A stretch of 64,000 nt of DNA from Trichosphaerium sp. ATCC 40318 (Eukaryota; Protista; Tubulinea), in contig JALMLS010000179.1 of the NCBI GenBank assembly GCA_038496445.1, forward strand, positions 1 through 64,000, written 5' to 3'. The first letter of the stretch is position 1. Each line of letters begins with the position of its first letter. This document shows positions 28,901 through 37,900 of this stretch, piece by piece. A program made the position numbers and the translations under genes. Under the pieces are notes generated by a model. That model was given only the letters and a program-made list of their open reading frames with translations. It did not search any database and was not told the DNA's origin.

Positions 28901-31900
28901 TTTGTTCGTTGAAGGATCTCCACGTCTTCATATTGGCTTTCAATCAGCTGCTATTGCTGCACTTATGTGTACATGGCAAGATACTGTCATTAAAGAGCGA
29001 CCAGTTACTATGGATCAACTTAACAAGATATCTGACTTCCTTTCGAGTTCTGATCACCCAGACACTGATCATTCTGTAACTAAGAATGACTGGAAACTGC
29101 TCACATCACTTGTGTTCCAAGTACGTATTTTTTACCCCTTCAAGAGCGCCTACTCTCTCGAAACCCCTTTTTTTTAAATACGATGATGACATTATTACCT
29201 CTTTGCACCGAATTAGACTGTAGACAACTATTGCATCCTGAGGTTTAAAAAAAAAGACGAAAAAATGAAGTTTTTTTTATCATTGTCTCTTCAAGAGCTA
29301 ACATGTTCCTTTAAGACACTCCAATGTTTCGCCTCTTCATTTACACCTGAGGCTTGGCAACAGATCATGGGCTTTGGAGCTAAGTTTAGAGATGAACTAA
29401 TGAATAGTATCGAATCTGAGCCTGGCCAGAAACTTTCTGAGCTCGATTTCGTAAAGTTCAAAGAAATCTTCGCATCCTCAACTGATCTACGATTCAAAAA
29501 CCTCGCAACTGAGTACCTTGGACCTCTACTTGAGATTCTAAAGGGAAGGATTGACTTGAGCGAAGACAAATACGGTACGCTTGACGTCTCATGGTTTTAC
29601 TCTTTTTTTTTTTCCTTTTTGATAAAAAAATTTACGTGATGATACAACGACGGTCTTCGTAAGTTTATTGACGAGGAAACTCTAACCCATATTTCGCTGA
29701 TAAATATCTATTCTCACATCAATCTATTTCTTGAGAAATTACCTCTTTAGTAACACGTTTGTTGTTTAGGACTACGAGATGATATTATACGTGGTGAAGC
29801 ATGGGTACGTTACTACCATCTTCATTTTATGACATTTTGAGAAAAAAAGAGCTAAAATGCTCCAAACTACTCCTTTATATGATTAGACAAACCGATCTCG
29901 GTTTATAACTTCATTGCTGATGCTAGGTCAGACTGATTATAAATCTACAAAAACTTTTTGTTTTTTCCTTGCTTTTTACGAGCATTGTTTTTAACTGTTG
30001 TTTTATAGGCTTACTTTGGTCTATGGAGAATGTACCTGTTACTTCCATCGAGACCTGTTGATCCAACATCCAAATACGCCCTCAAACTTGCTCACTTGAC
30101 TAATATTGTCAAAAGCATGAGAGGCGAACTTGAAGTGGAACAAAAGTCTGAAACCCTTCATACCGGTGGTATAGAAAACATTCGTATTTCTGCGCTTCAG
30201 AGCAAGTGTGACACCATCGGTGCTGAACAATCAAAGCTTGAAGCAAAGATTACACCTCGTCCAGTACCACCACAGTTCATGGCGCTCTACCAAGAACTCA
30301 CTCAATTCTCTGATACTCTCGGAAGCAAATCCAAGATCTTGGGACTTCTAAGAGATATTGAGAGCGTTAAAGATCGTCAAGATATCAACCGTGTTCTTGC
30401 TCAAGAATCACTATGGCAAGACAGCACAGAGTCGTTTGCTAAACGTGTATTTGACAAGTACTGGTGGTACCGCGACATTACCCAAGGCATCTGTAGCAGT
30501 ATCTACTTTATCAAGCAAGGTCTGCGCACAGTAGCCAGAGGGCAAGTGCAAAACGTGTCTTTGACAAAACTGACGTCTAGCGTACCTGCTGGTAATCGTT
30601 TCGCCAAGGGCCCAATCAAAGCAGCAACTTCCATCACAAGCGTACGTTTTGGTTTTTTTTTTGCGTTCGTTTTTTTCTTCTTTCTTTTTCTTGAGCACAA
30701 GATAACTTGTACGTGGTTTTAAAGCACGTACGAGGCGATACGTGCACGATAGTAACTGAGTCGCAAGTTGGAGCCTCTTAGTATGATCACTAGTGGCTTG
30801 CAAAACTCGCGGTTCTACATTTAATGAAAAAGAAATTGTTTTTTTCAGTTTTCTTTTTGCATTCTGATTACTTATGTTCTTTCAAGTCTGCCATCTCAGA
30901 GCTTATGTCCCTACCTTCAAGTGGTACATCATTCGTATCTCGATCTATCATAGAAGCCATGGAAGCCGTAGCAACAGCTAGGAGCTTGCCTATTGATTCC
31001 TTGAAGAAACTTCGATCAAGATTGCTTGCAACTTCTTTATACAGAGCTTATGGCGCTGTTGTAAACCAGGCTTTCATTGATAAAGAAGCGTTATCTTCCT
31101 TGGATCATGTCTTTAGTATCATTGTTAGCAACTGGGACAGAGATAAGGAAGAGAGGCGTTTACGTAAAGAAGAGGAAGCCAAAGAGTTTAGACTCAGAGG
31201 TAAAACTCGTATTTTCGAAACAGAGCGTGAAGGAAAGGAACAAGAACGTATTTACAGAAAAATGTTCCCAGATTTCAGTAAAGTTTTTGCCGACTTTGAG
31301 AATATTGTTGAAGGACTTGAGTTCAGTGATGATGAAAGTATGGATGAAGACGAAGAAGAAAGTGTACGTGACAATCTTTTCCTTTCTCTAAAAAACCCAA
31401 AAAATCGCCATAAAATGATTAACGAGCTTTACGCTCGGCGAACTGCTGAAATTCTGTGAGCACAAGAACTTGATCTGATTTATGTTTACTACAACCCTTA
31501 AATATGATGTTTTCTATTCTACTGTTGTCTAATCTCTTTAAAAAGGAAGAGGAAGATGATGAAGAACTCGATGAAGATGCTGAGGAAGAAGAGTTTGTTA
31601 TGACTCTTGTACAACGCTATGAACTTCATACTGTGTTCCGTATTCACCAAGAAATCTTCACTTCTCTTGGTACTTCTATGGCTCCTTCAGGTGGTGATTG
31701 GTTATCCACTGGTGAGATCAGAGATACTTGCGAATACGCATATAACACAGGAGCACAGATGCTTAAACGTGCGTTCTTTTTGATAAAAAGTTGCTGTCGT
31801 TAACATTTACTGATTTCTCTTGTTAGTCATGGAATGGGAAGCACCTAGTGTTCTTGATAAGAATGCCCGCTTGGGTCATTTAGTTGCTATGCGTGGTCTA

Positions 31901-34900
31901 CGTAATCGTATAGATGTCAGGAAGCTTGAAGCGCCAGAAGACTCTATCTTTACAAAACCAAGAGCGAGCATCTTCAAGGTATGTTTCTTCAGCCCTTTAA
32001 AACGCAAATTTCATTTTCTCGTTTACCTCGCAATGATGCCTGGCGTACCTTTGCGTATGCCGCCCCAGTCATAAGGTCTGTTGACGAGAACACTCCCACT
32101 CTTAGCACAAATCAAAAAAAAAAACTCTTTTTTTTGTTTTCCGGATTATGTCTTAATCAAGAGTAGAGCGCCAATGTTAAAGAAGTATGTATTATCTTAG
32201 AACCCGTACAAGAACTTCGAGGCAAACTTGTACATCTTCAAGAGAACACGGATGAATTCAAAGACAGTACAACTATCAAAGTACTTGTTGAGCTTATTGA
32301 TAAGATACTTGTTTACCCTGTAAACGTACCTTTCATGCAAGTACTCACAGGTCTTGAGCTTCTTGCACGTCAATCGCAGAAGTTTAACATGATATTACCG
32401 AAGAAGTGGTCTATCACAGAGAACTTGCAAGTTATTTACACAATCATCAATAGATGGCGTCGTATTGAGCTTGACAGGTGGCCTGCTGTTTTATCACAAC
32501 AATCTCTTGATGTTAAGCTTAACGCTCTTCAATTCTGGTTCCATCTTTATCGTGTTACAATAATTGATGGAGAGTCTTATGATGTACCTCAATTCCTTGG
32601 TCTCATTAAAGAGTTTATGGAGCTTACAAAGTTTGGTGAGATGGAAACAAAGCTTAATATGATTAAAACACTCTACTGTCAAATGGTCAATGAGCTTAGA
32701 CTTGGTATTGATCGTAAATTTGTATCTGAGTACGTCCATCCAAACAAGAAACTTTTTTTTTCGATTTCCATTTTTTTGAAGAACGTAAAATTTTTCTGAT
32801 TGTTTTACCTCTAGGGCTTCACGTATTGCACATATTAACGTGTTGTATAACATCTACAATATCTACAAGTTATATCTACCTGAAATCAAATCTCAAGTTG
32901 ACCGTGATAAAGAACCTATCGAACAAGAACTCAAGAACTATATCAAACTTACAAAATGGAAACCAAAAATAGAAAATTACTACAGACTTAAAGATCAAAC
33001 AGAAAAGTCTCATAGACATTTAAGTAAATTCGCAAAGAAGTTTAGATCAGTTCTAAAGACACCTCTTGCAAAGTTCTTAATGGTACTCGGTGAAAGAGAG
33101 TCAACAATAGAAGGCACTCTAGAACACAGAGAATACGAACTACCTGAACCAGAGTATGAGTTTAAAGAAATAACAGTGATGGAGAAGGACGATGATGACG
33201 AGGACGACGAAGGTGAAGAAAAAGGAAAATCGAGTACGAAGAAAAGACGAAAGTCGAAGAAACCTACACCAAAGCTTGACGAAGATGGTGAAGAGGTTAA
33301 GACTATAATTAAAGTGGAAAAGAAAGACAGATACATCCCTAAACCGCTACCTATCTTCGACTTCACGCCTGATAGCACTTTGGTTAAACCTTTCCTTAAG
33401 AACCCTCAAGTACCTTCAAAGTTATCAAAGCTATTCAATCTAGACGATAGCACATTCAGACGTAATAAGATACCTCAGTTATTCGAGAAAATCGTTAACA
33501 TGACCAAGAATGATATCTTACCTGTATTGACTAACTATCAACGGGAAAATATCAAAGGTCTTGATGACCTCTCTACTACAGTTATAACAAGATCAAATCG
33601 ATTGAGGTACGTTCATTCTTAGTGTTAATTCATAATATGATACTTACGCCTTGTTTAGAAATAGCAAGAGTGCTACAACAGGTCAGAAAAAACTTGCCAT
33701 GAAGAACTTGTTAGATGGTCTTAAGTCTGAAGGAGTTTCTTGGCTTCGTAAAGGCCTTGATAAGGAACACCGTAAACCGGAGTTCCTATTCAAGGTTGAT
33801 GCTATTGATACGACACGATTCAAGCAAGCTACTAAAGATCCTGTTGAAATCAACACAATGATACTTTGGCAGCAAGCTGAGGAATACTACTTCAAAGTTG
33901 TTCTCAAGATACAAAACTTGCGTATCGCTGAGCAGACTCACCACGGTGATATATCACAGCGTGAAGCAACCATGATCGCTGGATACCTCGAACACTTGAC
34001 CGCTATAAACATCAAACAGCGATCAACGTTTGGAACAGTAATCGACGAGTTTGTCATGTTACGTCGTCTCATTGAGACTATACATCGTATTCCTACACCT
34101 GAAAAGAAAGCTGATTTGCCTGTGTTCCCACCACAGTCTCTTGTCAAAGAGTCACTGTTGACACAGAAGACGATCTTTGATAGTGTTGTCGCTGGTGTGT
34201 TGGAATGTAATGTACTCATGCATTCCCTCAAAGATGATCCTACAAATGAAGCAGTTGTTATCTTAGAGCGATCAATGCAGAAGCTCAAAAAGATCAAGGT
34301 AAGCTTTTGTTTTCTCTTTTCTTTTTTTTTGTTGCTTTACTTCATCCTTGGCGTGTTCTTACTTTGATATCTTAGCGTCGTATTGAGCAACACATTGCTC
34401 GGTTTACCCTTGTTAAAGTCCGGGAAGACAGAGCTGAGTTGTTAATGACCAGTGATGCTATTCATTTCATGAGAAATAACACTATCGAATATGAAACCAT
34501 CAAGACACGTGTGTTGAATCAAGTCCTATCAACCGTCCCAGAGCATCTGGCTGGACCTTTCAACGAACTTCTTGAAACCACTAGTAAAAAACTAGAAGAT
34601 ACCCTTTATGACCCAGACACAAAGCCAAAGGCTAAAACAGCTAAAGAGGTACGCTATTTTTTCTGATACAAAACAAAGTAAAATTTTCAATTTGTTTCGT
34701 TTTCGCAATGATGCCTGGCGTACCTTTGCGTATGCCGCCCCAGTCATAAGGTCTGTTGACGAGAACACTCCCACTCTTAGCATAAATCAAAAAGAAAAAA
34801 CCCAAAAATTTCGCAATTTTTTGTGACTTTTTGTACTCATTTCGTATTTCTAGCTCAAAGCTCAAAGCTCTTTTGTATCTGAGTTTTCAGAATCCTTCGA

Positions 34901-37900
34901 AAAGACAGTATCTTCAATACTTGTCGTTATGCAGAACCTTAATGCTTTGGCGGAGAACCCTACAAACCGTAAGCCAAAACCTGAGGATGAAGAAAACGAT
35001 GATATGGAAGAAGAAGCTGAAGAAACTGCTCACTTCCAAAGAAGTAATAAGCACTTTATTCGTGCATTCAAAAAGATCAACGTATCTAGAATAATCGCTC
35101 TTGTGACAGAGTTAAATAGTCAAGTGGTACGTAGTTTTACAAATCCTGTTCTTGCGCGACTTGATTGCTAACGTATCTTGTCTTCAGAGCGCATTTGCAA
35201 CAGATAGTTGGTCAGACTGTCTCATTCGTAAGAAAGTTCTTAATGTATGTGCTGGACAGATGAGAAGGCTATACCCTCTCTTAAGGCAGATACAACGGAT
35301 ACAACAAATGTTCTTGTATCATTTCTCAGCCTATCACCGAGCTGTACGTTTATCACTCTTGGTTTATTTTTCTTTCAACAAAAAAAAAGGAGCAATCGCT
35401 CGCCGACTACCTCCTCCCTCTTTGCAACTTGATGATTTATGTTTCAAGAAGTTCTTTGATTAATGCCACACGCCTAATAAACGTGATGGTTGCAATATAT
35501 AGGCCCACGCTGATGCAAAAAAAACACTTTTTTTTTTATTGTGTTTGAATGAAGGCATGTCTATTGACACTTCATTTCTAGAGCGCAAAGTTTACGTACA
35601 TCTTGTCACGTATTGTGTTGGTCATTTACAAGAATGGTTATTGCATACCTGTCGAGGAAGAACAAATGGAACCTAGTGACATGGTACGACATCTTTTTTT
35701 AAAGTGCAAACTCTTTTATAAAAATCACGCCACAGCTCATCGAAATTGCTTTGTTATTTCGATTGAATGTTGGTGTATAACTTAATGATGTCTAAACGTA
35801 TTAGTCGCATCAAATAACCCGTGTTGCACATTTTCCTTTCTGATTTCAAAAAAAAACTTCAATTCTCTTTACTTTTATGCTTGAGTTCGAAATATTGACT
35901 TTTTTAAAGCTTGGTGATGGTACCGGCCTTGGTGAAGGTGAAGGTATGGAAGACATCTCCGATAAACGCCAAGATCTTGAATTGGATGACTTCAATGATG
36001 AACAAGAAATGCAACCAGACAAAGCACCAGAACAAGTCGAAAATGGGCTTGAAATGGACGAAGATTTTGGCGGCACTGAACACGACTTCGAACCCGATGA
36101 TAACCCTGATGAAGAAGACGATGAGGAACAATCCATGTCTGAAGAGATGGGCGAACTCGATCCTGATAAGGAAGAGATTGTCGATGAGAAAATGTGGGAC
36201 AGTGACGATGAGGATGATGACGGTAAAGAAAATGAAGATGAGAAATACGAGAAAGATGCACCTGTTGATAACCAAGGCGAACAAGAGGATGAGATCCGCG
36301 CTAAAGAGGAAGACGAGAAAAACAACAACGATGGCGACACTGATAAAGAAAAGCCAATGGAAGGACAAGACGACGGCCTCGATGATATGGAGGGCGACGA
36401 TGATGATTTTCTTGCCTCTGATGACGACTCTGATTCAAGTGAAGCCGGTGAAGCACCTGAGTATGAAGATACCGTGGAAGATAACTTCCATGTTCCTCCA
36501 CGACCTGAAGAGGATGTCTTTGACCTCGACGATATGGAACTTGACGATGAAGATATGGAAGACGACGAGAATGAAGAAAATGCTCCACCTGATGAACTAC
36601 CCGATGATATGGTCGGAGAGTTCCCAGAAATCGATGAGGAAGAAGAAGAACAAGGCAAAGGCGACGATGAAGATGATCAAGAAGGTCAAGGCGGCGAAGA
36701 AGAAAAAGAAGCCGACGGAGCTGACGAAGATGATATGGAAATCGAAGACAAAGAAACTGAACAACGCGAGGGAGGTGAAGTCGAAGACGAAGCCGACAAT
36801 CAAGATCAAAGCGATGAAGATTCTGAAGAGGAAGAACCTCTAGCTGCTCCTCAACAGCACTTTGAAGAGGAGGAGAAAGAAGAGGAAGTCAAAACTCTCG
36901 GTGTTGAAGAGAACACTGGAAAAGAATCCGCCAATGTTGAGGTATGTATTTTTTTTCTCATTTTTTTCTTGTTTGTCAGCGCATTGTAGCGCTTCTTTTG
37001 TTGTTTATGATTACACAAAACAAACCTTTAAGACGGGATGTCTGATTTTAAGTGATTGTACTTTTATTATGAACTCAACAACGTAAAAAGAAACTCTTTG
37101 TATTCTTTTGAAGTTTGAAGAGTGTTTTATTGATGTTCTTCTTTCTTAGTTCCTTGGAGAGCAAGATGATGATAAACCAGATGAAGAAGATAAGCAACAG
37201 CTCGATCAGCAGGAGCGCAATGCACAGGAGCAAGACCGTCTTGATACAAAAGATGAGAATGCAACTGATGAAGGTCAAACTGAAAAAGAAGCCCAAGAGG
37301 AAGACACAGACCCAAACCCTATGCGGTGCGTTGTCTTGCTTGCTTGTAAAAAAAAATTCAAAAAAAAAACCAAAACCTTCAATCTACATGACGATTTTTA
37401 TTCAAGACGGGGATGATCTGCTGATTATAACTAGAATCCTGATAGATTTATTTTTTCTCAACTTTTTTTTTGAAAATAGTTTTTTGTTGTGCGTTAGTTC
37501 TAAGTATTTTAAAGGTCTCTTGGTGATGCTCTTAAGCACTGGAAGAATAAATTAAATGTTGAAGATCCAAAAGATAGTAATGAGAATGAAAAAGAAGAAA
37601 ATCAAGATGATGAGGCACCTGAAGAAGGTGAAGAACAAGAACCTGATCAAGATAAACTTTATGAGTTTATTCTTGATAATGAAAAGACCGTTGAAGATGC
37701 TCAAGTACTTAAAGAAGCATTGGAAGACCAAGCAAAGGAACAACAAGAAGACTTGGAAAAAATGGAAGAAGACTTCATGAATGATGACGAAGAAGAAGGT
37801 GATGATGGTGAAGAAAACGTCACTGATAAAAAAGAAGAAAAGAAACCAAATGACGAAAAAGAAGATGAAGAAAATGATAATCAAGCCAAAGGAAGCAAGA

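Noticed and set aside
29917-29932. U8-like pairing to the LSU 5' end (GACCU-NNN-AUCAG pattern)
   Set aside because: CTGATGC is better read as the C' box, leaving a 9-nt guide that fits SSU UCUGACCUA. The native rRNA is needed to settle it.
35846-36843. Long antisense and alternate-frame ORFs over the midasin acidic region
   Set aside because: Shadow ORFs of low-complexity GAA/GAT-rich coding sequence.
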